From positions 232,624,001 to 232,688,000 of the forward strand of contig OZ024742.1 in assembly GCA_964016885.1 (NCBI GenBank): a DNA stretch of 64,000 nucleotides, in the 5' to 3' direction. The notes below the pieces were generated by a model that was not told the origin of the DNA, did no database searches, and worked only from the letters and a program-made list of their open reading frames with translations. Below, one piece after another: positions 1-12,045 of this stretch. Source of the stretch: Eledone cirrhosa. Lineage: Eukaryota. The position numbers and the translations under genes are program-made. Numbering within the stretch: the stretch's first letter is position 1; every line of letters starts with the position of its first letter.

Positions 1-720
1 CATGATCAATACAATATATTTGAACTCTTCCCTTTAAATATATATGTCAAGAAGACTGAGGGTGTCTTGACATCACTCAGCAAGACCTTTGTTAGCCGCT
101 CTCCAGCCATCTATTTAAAGCTGTATACAGCTATGGTACGACCACACTTGGAATTCGCATCATCAGTCTGGAACCCCTATCTTGCTCAGAAACTGTTCAG
201 AGACGTGCAACCAAGCGCATACCCTCCATCAGACACCTACCATATTCTGAACGCCTTGCTTCCCTGGGCATGGATTCATTGAAGCTCCGACGTCTGGCAA
301 TGGACTTGGTAAACACCCACAAAGTTATTAACCATCTCGCCAACAACAACCCTGAGCACCTTTTTGATCTCCATGTGTCTAACACACGTGGACATGCCTA
401 CAAGTCAGAAAACAGCACAGCTCCCATGACATTCGGAAACATTTTTTCACGCTTAGAGTTGCTGAAGCATGTAACGAACTACCTGCATCAGTTGTTAGCT
501 GCCGAGACACTGCAACCTTTAAAACCCTCATGCTTCCCGAAATTCGCCAAAACTATACCTGATGTCCCCCTTCCATACACATGCACACGTGTGTATCATG
601 ACTCATGCACTGTTCATTTTCCTGACGTTTGTACATTACCCTATGTACTATACATACACTTTTGATGAGTTGTAGTGCACCTGAGCACTGTACACAATAT
701 TTTCATTATTATTATTATTC
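1..720 (+). mobile_element. CR1/L2-like LINE 3' fragment (degenerate RT C-terminus, 3'UTR, (TTA)n tail)
   Basis: ORFs 67-282 (KLYTAMVRPHLEFASSVWNPY) and 270-665 (LRRLAMDL..NTRGHAYK) are typical CR1-group C-terminal motifs; ends in ttattattatt at ~705-720. Confidence 0.85.
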
Positions 721-1030
721 TATAAATACACACATATAGCAAGTTTGTATTAACAAGCATAAGAAAACGTACTTAATATATGTTGTAGAGTTTATTTGTT
801 CTAAGCTGATGATTGACCCCTTTCGCTACTCAGTTTCTCCCCACATGTAATCTTTCATCATTTTTTTTCGCTGAAAAGATTGCATGTGTCTCTGTAAATG
901 CTCGTGTTTGTGTGTGTGAGGGCTAATGCAAGTTGAATATTTTCAATTTAATTCAACCGTATTTACTATAAACATAATGCTGTGCATTAAGCAAGGGACA
1001 CAACTCTGCTTGCTCAAGTAAATCAGTATA

Positions 1031-1130
1031 ATTGTTTCTACTTTAGGCACAAGGCCAGCCATTACTCAGTACATTACTGGTACTTTATTTTATTGACCCG
1101 TAAGGATGAAAGACAAAGTTAACCTCCGTG
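1031..1130 (-). mobile_element. tRNA-derived SINE, 3' part
   Basis: Matches the recurrent SINE body (CCTTTCATCCTTACGGGGTCGATAAAATAAAGTACCAG...GGCCTTGTGCC..AAAGTAGAAAC) seen many times in the window. Confidence 0.8.
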
Positions 1131-1166
1131 GGTCAGTATAATGCGAGGAAGTTATATGTGTATATA

Positions 1167-2015
1167 TACAAGGGTGGGCTCAAAAGTTTATAGGTTGACT
1201 ATGGAGGAGTGATGCTAGAGCTGTGAAATCCTGCATGCATTAATTTCAACTCTTCTTATCAATAATTGTCCAGGTAAACTGACATCTGGCTGTTCAAAGA
1301 AGACTTCAAAAGTAACTAGTAGCAACTTCTCTTGCAAATTGTCAAAATTTGGCATTGTAGTGTTATCAAGTACCTGCAGAAAAATGGTTTAGCCCCCAAG
1401 GATATTCATGATGACATGGTTGCTACATTAGGCGATAACACTCCAGCTTTATTAACAGTGCAAAAGTGGGCAGCTGAATTTCAAGATGACCCAAGGTCTG
1501 GACGTCCTGTAACTGCTACCACCAAAGAAAACGCGTCATCCATTACATGGTAATGGATGTCAGGCAATTGTTTGAGGCAGATCCAGTTGGTTTCTTTGAA
1601 CGTTTCCTAACCCAGGATGAGTGTTAGTTCATCACTTTGAGCCATAGACCCTCCTCACCTGCTCCAAAGAAGACCAATGTCGTTTCATGTGTAGGGGTAG
1701 TGATAGCCTCGGTTTTGGGGGACGCACCATCAATGGAGAGTACTATGCCAACTTGTTGAGGCAGTTACAAAAGGCTGTCAAGACCAAATGCCCAGGAAAA
1801 CTACTGAAAAATGTCTTGTTTTATTAGGACAATGCTCTAGCACAAAAGTCCTTGGATTCAAGGCCTCTGTGCATGACTGGCTTTGGGCTGGTTGATCATC
1901 CACCCTATTCTTTTGATTTGGCCCCCATCTGTTTCTCATCATGAAAAAAACACTTGACTAGGAACCAGCATCACAGTGATGATAATATATCTGCTGTTGA
2001 TGACTTTTTTGACCA
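1167..2015 (+). mobile_element. Degenerate mariner transposon
   Basis: TA-CAAGGGTG TIR-like start; ORF 1332-1553 has the HTH region and DDPRSGRP motif; downstream remnants resemble DNA..H and HPPYS.DLAP motifs. Confidence 0.8.
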
Positions 2016-2022
2016 GTGTTAA

Positions 2023-2241
2023 TTAACCTTTCTGATACCAATCTTTCGTTTATATGAACCAAAACCACCCATGTTTAAGGGTTCCTATTTAAATTTAATC
2101 TTCCAACATAATCTGATTAAAAAAACAACTTTGCTAGGTTATATTACAAATTAACACCTTAATAATAAAATAATTATTTTAGTAAATTGTTAAATGTAAT
2201 AAAGATTCTAATCATTGGAAATATGGTAATGAAAGGGTTAA
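2023..2241. mobile_element. piggyBac-like MITE (TTAA-flanked)
   Basis: ttaacctttctgatacc ... ggtaatgaaagggttaa imperfect TIRs. Confidence 0.55.
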
Positions 2242-2985
2242 GGCAAGTAGTTTTTCTTGTTCCAAGGAAATAGCATGTTAATGGGATTTCTATGTAAGAC
2301 CAATGAAAATGTGACTAGAAATACATATATTTCATAATACCAATTCCTTAGACTGATTGTACCAGTCACTCTTAACACTACATAGGCTCAAATTTCCATT
2401 TTGATTGCATGTATTAAAATAAGTTATACATAGATGGAGGCACATTTCTTAATTTTAAGGTAAGTTTGTGTCCTTAAGCAAGATACTCTATTTTACATTG
2501 CTCCAATCCAGTCAGCTGGAAAAGATGAGTTGCGAAGACACTGGTGCCAAGCTGTTGACGTTTCCCTTGGATAATATTGGTGGCATGGAGAGGGGAGATT
2601 AACATGTATGGATGACTGCTGCTCTTCTACAAAATACCTTGACCAGGCTTGCATCTTAGAGAGGAACTTTCCAGAGCCAACCTTATGGTTAGTTGTGACT
2701 GATGACGGCCTTCACCATTTATAGGTTTAAGCCTCTAATTAATATTTTCCCTGTCTAAAGTGACTTTCCTTTCCAGCCTTCCTGAGTCAATAAAATATGT
2801 ATCAGTGAAGTGCTATAGTCGAGTTATTCAACTGTTCGCAACCCCCAAATTTGTGGCCTTTTGCTTATGTAACAAATCAATTATAGGGATATAGATGTAT
2901 CTTAACTGAATCATCATCACTGTTTAATGTTCATTTTTCCACGCTAGCACGAGTTAGAAGTACATAATTCAATTAGAATTCTGTA

Positions 2986-3204
2986 TTAACTCTTAACATC
3001 TTGCAATGATTTAGTAAAAAAATCTAAAAACAGTTCTGTTAATTCAAATGTTTACAGAATCTTTAATTGTGGATAGTTCGTTGTGAAAATGTGCAGTATT
3101 AGAGTAAAGACTAATTTTTAACATGGTGTAGGCAGTGTTGTTTTGAACTTTTCAAGAATGCCTTGCTAATGCAATCTCATGTTGTACAGTAAGTTAAGAG
3201 TTAA
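2986..3204. mobile_element. TTAA-flanked MITE
   Basis: ttaactcttaac ... gttaagagttaa terminal inverted repeat. Confidence 0.5.
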
Positions 3205-4513
3205 TAAAATTTAGTTTATATTATCACGTTGCTTTTATATCTACAGAACCCAGATATTTATGAATGGGACGCTTCAAAAGATACAGCAACAAACTTTACT
3301 TTTTGATTTTATTGATCACCTATTTCTGGATACGCTGTCTGGAAAAGAAAAAAATTGGATGATTATAACTGGAATACCTTTGATCTTAAGTTTGTTTGTT
3401 CAAGGCTGATTTAGGGCTAACATCAACTATCACTAGTTCCCTTAGATACTGTAAATGTTAAGAAACCCGTTTAATAGAGTGAGATAATTATTTGAATTAA
3501 AAAAACAACACGTATTTTAATACATATAAAAATGAGAAAACTCATCGCTAGAACAGCCGTTAAAACAGCAAAATGCTGGCAAAGACAGCGATAGGTAAAA
3601 ATGCCTCAGAGGACAGAGACAAGCGACCAGTGGTCAACAGAGAGACAATCCACAATATTTCATCTGCCTGTCATCCACCCTGTCTCTCGCTCGATCAGAA
3701 ACAACATGGTTTTACGTATTTTAATGTTTATTTTTTTTCTAAATAGGCGTAAGATAACTTTCATACCTGGAAGAGGTGTAGCCAATTTTAATGTGCACGG
3801 TATAACGAGGGTCGTCCGACCAGCTTGAAATAACAACCAAATTCCTCTCAATTACGCTCTTCTGTCTTAACTAAAGAAATGATGTATGAAATAATGTAGT
3901 CCTACATAAATCTATAGAGACGGGATGGTAATGGTTTTTGATCATACTAACCCGAGAGTGAAGAACAACAGTAATGTACTGGTACTTAATTTATCGGCTT
4001 CCCAATGATGAACGGTACGCAAAACAACCTGAACCATTACTAGTACAATTTCGCTTTTCGAACGTTTTGTTTTTCACAAAAAAACTTCCGCTTTTTACTC
4101 TTAAGCTTCAGCTTGGCTCTCACAAACAATAGCCTAAGTAAGGGAGATAGGAACTTTAAACTAAAATAATTTTTGAGCAAGAACTTCAAAAGATGAAGGA
4201 GGGTAGCAAAAATAGAAGAATTCAACGAATTCAATGGTTTCTACCAAAAAGATACAATTATGCAATGGCTGAGACTATATAGGCGATTATCTATGTTCAC
4301 ACAGTGTCAAAATTGTGGAGACGAACTGATTGAAGGGGAATACTGTTATTGAAAAAGAATTAGAGTGATTCAACCAAATATCTGAAAGCATATTGATATA
4401 GTGAAAGATTCTGCAAGAGTTCTTAAAATGTATCAAAGTATATATATAGCAAGGGTAAAAATATAACTATTTACGCGTAGAGAACTATATAGGAAGTGTG
4501 TGTGTGTGTTTAT

Positions 4514-4579
<66 letters not shown>

Positions 4580-5734
4580 TGTCTCTAGCACTTAGATATC
4601 TCAATGCTTATAGTCTAGCTTATACCCCCCCCCCCCATCGAGATTTTGACTCAAATTTAATTTTCCTTATATAACATTGTCAGAAGAAGGTAGCAGCAAT
4701 GACCCTATTCGCGGCCTGTAGGATTTGTAGGAGAAAGTTATCCTTAGACCGGATACCTTAGTATTAATGCTTGCAATAAAGTGTATTCTGCTAAAGGCAC
4801 TTGAAGGACCAGGTGGTGGTATTAAATAAGACTACGGATTAAGTAAGCCGGCACAATTTATCTTGATATCAAATTAAGGATATAGAATAAATATGCATTT
4901 CATTGTAGCAGATTAAAAAATGAAAAATGTCAAACAAAATTAAGAAATGTTTGAAATTACTGAAAGAAACATGAAATATCGACTCACTAGTTTTCTTGAA
5001 TATTGTTTACTAGAGCCATTAAAGCGTGCCAGGTAGAAGGGTAAGTTTGAAATTCGGAATGGAAACTGGAAACGAACTCCTACTAACGAAACATTTCTGC
5101 ACATGATATTTTAAAAAAATATTAAAACTAACTAATTTTTTAGATTTGATAACTGTGTCTACTTTATAATGTGTTTATAAAACTTACACATGCTAATGCT
5201 ATCTATTTTAAATGGTGAAACTTTAATTTCTTAATATGTCGTTCCGGTAATCCACAACACATTTTTTATTGTCCTTAAAAACTGCAATGCAACGGTAAAT
5301 GTGGTATGGTTTAGCTTGTTCCAGGATCACATTTCCATCATATTTCTCTTTGATTGTATTGACTGCTTGTGTGGTAGTTAGGGCTTGTTACATAAATTGG
5401 TTTAGCAGTTTTCGAATCAAATTTTAAAAAAACAACAAAGTATTTTTGTTTTCACTGACTGTAAATCGATTGGTATATAGATCTAGTTTGAACTTAGTTC
5501 CGCCAGCGTCCCCATTATAAAATCATTCGTTGTTTCATAGACTTCGTTAATTGGATACCCGATACTTTTATTGAAAAAAAGAAAGGAAAAAAAAAGGGTG
5601 TAGACATTTGACACATCTGGCTACAATACCGAAAGGGTGGATACTTTTTCGTTTTACAAATAGACTGCTTTGTATATAGTAAAAAAAGTAGAATCTAGGG
5701 AAAGTAGTGAGGGTCTGCAAAAGATCATTCAACT

Positions 5735-5862
5735 TTACGTTCTGAGTTCAAATCCCGCCGAGGTTAACTTTGCTTTTCATCCTTACGGGGTCGATAAAAT
5801 AAAGAACCAGTAATGCACTGGGTAATTGCTGGCCTTGTGCCAACATGTAGAAACAGTTATTA
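5735..5862 (+). mobile_element. tRNA-derived SINE
   Basis: B-box-like GAGTTCAAATCC followed by the SINE body. Confidence 0.8.
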
Positions 5863-6009
5863 GTTTTATCAGAAAGGACAAAAGTATTAGCCGAAGACCT
5901 AAATTTGTTAATGTCTCTGCTAAAGAAGTCGTAAAAAAAAAAAAATGTTGTTCTTCCTGCGCTTCTCATTTAGTGTTAAAACTAATGTAAGCAAGAAATT
6001 CTTAGCTCT

Positions 6010-6560
6010 CCTAGATAAGCACTTCCCCACAGGTCATAAATACCGTTCTATCTTCAATAGACAGGGTGAAACTCGGCTATTCTTGTGCTAAAAATATGAA
6101 AGCCCACATCACCACCAACCCCACTTGGATGCTCTTGCAGAAAGCTAGAAGCATACCCCTCTCAACAGCAGTGCAACATACATGCTTTAATTTATGAAGC
6201 TGTAGTTATATCTACCCAACCAAACCAACAGCAGAAGGTCAAATAATATGTAGGTATGGTAGAGGGCCAGTTTAAAGAACGCTTCCATAATCACCAGACA
6301 CCCGGATAAACGATTATCCACGAAGTTCGTAAGCGACATATAGTCACTCAAGACGCAAGCATAGACTTCTCCATTTAATGGAAAGTTCTGACCAAATCTA
6401 GGCCATACTGTAATTGGAATTCGTCTTGCGAGCTGTGCATCGAAGAACGAATAAATATCCTGCGGAGATTACGTAACAGTACCTGTCTAAATACAAGATC
6501 TGATTTCTATAATCATTGTCCCCACGCAGCCAAGCACTTATGACGTAACTACAAGACCCA
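6010..6560 (+). mobile_element. Degenerate Penelope-like element, GIY-YIG C-terminal region
   Basis: Manual translation gives GMVEGQFKERFHNH, WKVLTKSRPY..CELCIEE..LNTRSDFYNHCPH, colinear with the C-terminus of ORF 40845-42971. Confidence 0.75.
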
Positions 6561-6702
6561 GACAAATTTCATCCACTGTGGACTCAACCAATTTGTATCC
6601 AGAACGATCTCAATTGCCTCTCTTTCATCAGTCTAACTTGAGTTGTCCCCCTTGTCGATGAAATATATAATTTTCAAAACAACGCTAAGCTCTGTATCTT
6701 AA

Positions 6703-6890
6703 TAATTGTTTCTACTTTTGGCACAAGGCCAGCAAATACTCAGTACATTACTGGTACTTTATTTTATCGATCCCGTAAGGATGAAAGGCAAAGTTAACCT
6801 CGGCGGGATTTGAACTCAGAATGGAAAGGGCCGTAATTCTATGCGTCAAAGCATGACGTCCGACCCTCTACCGATACTGCCAATCCACCC
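6703..6890 (-). mobile_element. tRNA-derived SINE, near full length
   Basis: Minus strand reads GGTGGATTGGCAGTATCGGTAGAG (A-box-like), GAGTTCAAATCC (B-box-like), then the body. Confidence 0.85.
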
Positions 6891-6891
6891 T

Positions 6892-7550
6892 TAATAATGA
6901 TAATAATGAAATTATTGTGTACAGTGCTCAGGTACACCACAACTCATCAAAGGTGCATGTATAGTACATAGAATAATGTACAAATGTCAGGAAAATGAAC
7001 AGTGTACGAGTCATGAAATACACGTGTCCGTGTGTATGGAGGGGGAACATCAGGTGTAGTGTTGGGTTTTTACTCCCAAAATGCATGGTGGTACACTTGT
7101 CGACAGCTAACTTGAGTTGCCAGTTCGTGATCCATTGTTGCTTTGTGTCCAGGTTAGATTGCAGGAAAGATTATATTGTTCAGGATCTGTCCTTTTTATC
7201 TCAAGGTACAGCTTGATGTCATCTGCATATTTCAGTACTGTGGCATTCTTTAAGTTGGCATCTATGACATTAATATATGCCACAAACAAAAAGGGGCGAA
7301 GAACAGATCCCAGTGGTACACCAAATGACATCTCATACGGTGAGGAATGCTGTCCCAGAACTGTGACTACCTCTCTTCGACAGAGAATGAAGGACTTCAA
7401 CCAGTTAAAAAGATCGTCCTTCACACCCATTGCAGAGAGTTTTGCCATAAGTCTTTTGTGTGGCACAGAATTGAAAGCTTTAGCAAAGTCACGGTAAACA
7501 ACATCCACCCATGAGCCGCCATCAGTGATCCGGGTGATGTTGATCACAGC
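6892..7550 (-). mobile_element. CR1/L2-like LINE with internal deletion
   Basis: 6892-7060 is the reverse complement of the 3'UTR at 557-720; directly fused to RT ORF 7107-7547 (DFAKAFNSVPH, GVPLGSVL, YADDIK). Confidence 0.85.
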
Positions 7551-7672
7551 AGCAGGAGTCAGGGATAAATCTTATATATAAAAAAAAATATATATATATA
7601 TATATATTTGAAACATTTGTAAGCACTCTGAATAAATTACCTTTTTATGATGTCTACCTGTTATTATTCATT

Positions 7673-7752
<80 letters not shown>

Positions 7753-7961
7753 ATAATAATAAAATTGAAGACTAAAATCCAGAGAGGGCTCGATATATAT
7801 ATATATATATATATATATTAAAGTGTTAAACAATATTCAATGATTATGTCAAAGAATGAGTTTTACAGTAGATTGGAAGCACTCTACGATAAAAATAATT
7901 TTCCGGAGTTATTAATATTAAAATATAAATATTAATAAAATAGATGTTCTTTTGATCAATT

Positions 7962-8018
7962 ACATTTTATTATACATATTTCGGATGTACAACAGTACGT
8001 CCTCATCAGATAAAATAT
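7962..8018 (-). ncRNA. Type I hammerhead ribozyme
   Basis: Minus strand: ATATTTTAT-CTGATGA-GGACGTAC tgtt GTACATCC-GAAA-T ATGT A-TA-ATAAAATGT; intact core, 9-bp stem I, AUA triplet. Confidence 0.85.
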
Positions 8019-8070
8019 AATGATATATGACATACCCTGAGATGTTAAATGGTTAAGATTTATTCAAGGT

Positions 8071-9477
8071 AGTGATTAACCCAAGAGAAAATTTTACATA
8101 TATAGCCTAATTATGAGAAAATGCGAAAACATAATAAATTCATTAGAGAATGTGCGAGTAAGAAAAACGTTGCTTACTGTAACTGTTCTAGAGATGTTAA
8201 AATGTATGATACTACGATATATCTAGGAAAACATCTCATGAATTATAACAGCCAGTGATAGCCACTGGAAAAGGATTTATAAAGAGGGAAAGATAAAGGG
8301 GAGGGGGGGGGGGGTGATATATGCAGAAAGAGATTTTTTCCGAAAGTTAAACGGTTAAATTTGAAAATATTTAATTTATACTTTATAATATTAGGGTGAA
8401 GACTCCAGATTTCAGGATTGTTTGCTGGTTATTTATATATTATTTGTATAAGTGTGTTATCATTTCTAAGCTTCTGAATTTTGTGAGGGTAACATTTAAA
8501 GGATTTAGCTGGCACATAAAGAATGAAATATTATACTGTTGATTATTTAGCCAAATTTAAACTTTAACAAAGATACCAACATATTAGGTATGTAAAGTTT
8601 TAGAATTACTTATTGTTATAAATATTTAAATAATGATTATGTATATAGGTATATATTAATGAGCCAGTATATTTTAGGTAAATAATAACGACGAAGATGA
8701 AAATAAAATAAGATAATAGATTGAGGCATGTTAAGGTTAAATATATTAATTATTCTTTAACCAAGATATCAACATATTAGGTATGTAAAGCTTCTGAAGT
8801 ATTTATTGTTAGAAATATTTAAATAACGATTATGTATATAGATACATATTATTGATCCAGTATATTTTAGGTAAATGATAACGAAAATATACTGGCTCAT
8901 TAATATATACCTATATACATAATCGTTATTTAAATATTTATAACAATAAGTAATTCAAAAACTTTACATACCTAATATGTTGGTATCTTTGTTAAAGTTT
9001 AAATTTGGCTAAATAATCAATAGTATAATATTTCATTCTTTATGTGCCAGCTAAATCCTTTAAATGTTACCCTCACAAAATTCAGAAGCCTAGAAATGAT
9101 AACACTTATACAAATAATATATAAATAACCAGCAAACAATCCTGAAATCTGGAGTCTTCACCCTAATATTGTAAATTATAAATTAAATATTTTCAAATTT
9201 AACCATTTAACTTTCGGAAAAAATCTCCTTCTGCATATATCACCCCCCCCCCCCCCTTTATCTTTCCCTCTTTATAAATCCTTTTCCAGTGGCTATCACT
9301 GGCTGTTATAATTCATGAGATGTTTTCCTAGATATATCGTAGTATCATACATTTTAAAATCTCTAGAACAGTAAGCAACGTTTTTCTTACTCGCACATTC
9401 TCTAATGAATTTATTATGTTTTCGCATTTTCTCATAATTAGGCTATATATGTAAAATTTTCTCTTGGGTTAATCACT
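8071..9477. repeat. Long inverted repeat (pseudo-LTR-like fold-back)
   Basis: Arms ~8071-8675 and ~8884-9477 are near-identical reverse complements; the spacer holds a direct duplicate of part of the left arm. Confidence 0.9.
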
Positions 9478-9893
9478 GCTCGTCACTTCGTCACGGTTTT
9501 TGTCCGTCTGGAGGTCCGCACCAAACCAGGTCCCTAGCAATTTAACCGGTCCGACGACGCTGTTGGACAGTATGGACCTACCTCTCCAGGTACTGAGCCG
9601 CAGACCTACCGACTTTTCCTGCTTAATAATTGCTCCTGTCACCGCCTCGTATTCTTTTAGAGTTGTGCCAATCGCATCGATGTTTGGCACTCGACACCAC
9701 TACGGTGGCGTCATCGGCATAAGCCACGGTTCTCCCGCATCCCAGTTCGCGCGGGATGCCCCTCAACGACTCCAGTTTGTGCAGTAATGGCTCGAGAGTC
9801 AATACGTACAACAGGGACGAGAGGAGACATCCTTGGCAGACCGAGTGCATGATGTTAAACGGGTCCGAAAGGTGACCGTTCACTCTAACCACA
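9478..9893 (-). mobile_element. Tx1/L1-like LINE RT fragment
   Basis: VRVNGHLSDPF..SVCQGCLLSSLLYVLTLEPL..AYADDATV. Confidence 0.8.
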
Positions 9894-9911
9894 GAAGAAA
9901 ACGTTATTTTT

Positions 9912-10128
9912 ATAGATTGGCAGAATCGGTAGAGTGTAGGACAACATGCTTAGCGACATAGAGTTACGGCCCTTTACGTTCCGAGTTCAAATCCCGCGAA
10001 TGTTTGCTTTGCCTTTCATTCTTACTGGGTCGATAAAATAAAGCACCAGTAAGCACTGAGGTCGATTTAATCGACTTTCCATGTCCCTTCAAATTGCTGG
10101 CCTAGTGCCTAAAGTAGAAACAATTATT
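9912..10128 (+). mobile_element. tRNA-derived SINE
   Basis: TGGCAGAATCGGTAGAG head, GAGTTCAAATCC, conserved body. Confidence 0.85.
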
Positions 10129-10851
10129 GAGTGACGGAATTAGGATTTTCAATGTTTTTACTTCTGAATGGGCTCATAAAAACTACTGGTGCATATCAAA
10201 GCAGTTTGTTGCATGTGAATAAATCTTCAATAATCAAGTATAAAATTACTTATCTGTTATCAATGATACTTTTAGACGCTTAATGTTGTAGCGGCCCCTT
10301 ACGGCTGTAACTCAGCACGTATAGGAGTTGCGTCCCTTTGTGACGGTCGCGACTCCCAGTGGCAGATCCATGTACTAAATGGAGTTGCGTCCTCCTGGGG
10401 ACTATATATTTGAGGACATCAAGGCATTAACTCTCACTTCCTGCGCCGGCAACCGAAAGGACCACTTGAACCTTTCGAAGAGAAGATTTCTGCTCTTCTC
10501 TACACGCTCCAGTCTGGGAGTTGTGACCAACTGACCGTCAACATGAGGTAAAAATTATTTCTATTAATTTATTTGACTTCTGTGAAGTAAAACTATGTCA
10601 CAACACTCACCTGCATTTATTGTCATTCTTAATAATATATATACACTGATACCAACATTCTAAATTGGTGACACCGAATATATAAAAAAAAGAATGGGAA
10701 ACGGTACCATGTGTATATAAAAAAAGAAAGAAAAAAAAACATTTAATACAGAACAACACGCTTCATTCTGATCTGGATGTATTTTACTGATTTCAGCATC
10801 TTTATCTGTAACATTTAACAAATCAAACTCCTCAAAGCGAACATTCCATTT

Positions 10852-10888
<37 letters not shown>

Positions 10889-11238
10889 AGATGATATTGC
10901 TGCTAGCTTCCTAGCAAAACAACAATTGTATAAATATTTTTTCTTCTTTTCTTCTTTTCTCTGGCTAAAATTTTTGAGGATTTTTGGCTTTCTTCTCCAT
11001 CAATAGTGTTTTTGGCGCGAAATCGTCCGCCATATTGGTTTTAGTTTTAAATTCCCTGCCTATACCTTGTTAATGACATCACTCGGTTAGTCGCTCCTTT
11101 ACATGTTATCTCAGATGCATTCTTTTTCCTGTCAAGTTGTTTGACAGAAAAACAAGCGATTTTGTTTTCCTTTTCCCTTGTGTTGGAGACATTTTTCCAA
11201 ACGGAGACGATTTTTTGCAGATTACCTACGGTATACCA

Positions 11239-12045
11239 ATGGCATCTCATTCTGTTCTACCTACGTAGACAGGCGACGTAAGGTTATGGTTCGCCCAACT
11301 CGAAGCATTTTTCGAGGCGAACAGAATTGACGAAGCACAACAACGTCCCCTGGTCCCTAGTGCAATTCCGCCGGCACTTATCCTAGCGATTAAGGGCCTG
11401 GTGTTAGAGACACCCACCGACGCGACGTACAAGTCTCTGAAGGCTGAAATACTCTGCCGGACTGCACAGTCCGCAGAAAAAAGATTTAGGGCTCTGGTCC
11501 ATCTGGAACATATCGGTGATGGCACCCCATCGAACCTCTTAAGGCGAATGAAGGACCTAACGGAGGGGTCGGTAGCGGAAACTGCCATGTTGAAGTAGTT
11601 GTTCTTCTCGCGCCTACCGACCAACGTACAGGCAATTTTGGCCCCCATTAGGGATACTTGCACAGTGGATCAGCTTGCCGCCTCCGCGGACAAAGTTTTC
11701 GAAGTCACGGGTGCTGGAGGCAGCGAAGCCCTTGCTGCTGTTTCCCAACCAGCTCAGGCCACACCTGGCCATGTCATCTGCGCGGCAGCTCCTACAGAGA
11801 GCTCAGCGATTATGGCGATGCAGAAGGCCATTCAGGAACTCACCCTGGAGCTCCAGAAGATGAAGGTCTGGTGTGGTGCCCGTTCGCGCCCGCGCAGCCG
11901 CGGGAAATCTCAATCTTTTAGACGCCGCTCCAGGTCACCAGCTTCATCTTTATGCTGGTACCTTGAGCGATTTGCCGAGAGCGCGAACCACTGCGTGCAA
12001 CCTTGCTCGTTTGATAAGGCGGGAAACGCCAAAGAGGTCCGCTGA
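11239..12045 (+). pseudogene. gag: gag, with in-frame stops
   Basis: LWFAQLEAFF, FFSRLPTNVQAIL, degenerate CHCC-type motif CWYL..CVQPC; TAG stops near 11266 and 11596. Confidence 0.85.
12021..12027 (+). promoter_or_regulatory. -1 ribosomal frameshift slippery site G GGA AAC
   Basis: In gag frame; the -1 frame reads open into the protease ORF at 12045. Confidence 0.75.

Noticed and set aside
6600-6680. Possible HHR after the Penelope relic (GAAATATATA)
   Set aside because: No recognisable CUGANGA half or stem I
7608-7630. GAAACATTTGTA between (TA)n tracts
   Set aside because: Too short to distinguish from chance
9912-10000. tRNA-like A/B boxes
   Set aside because: SINE heads with no complete cloverleaf
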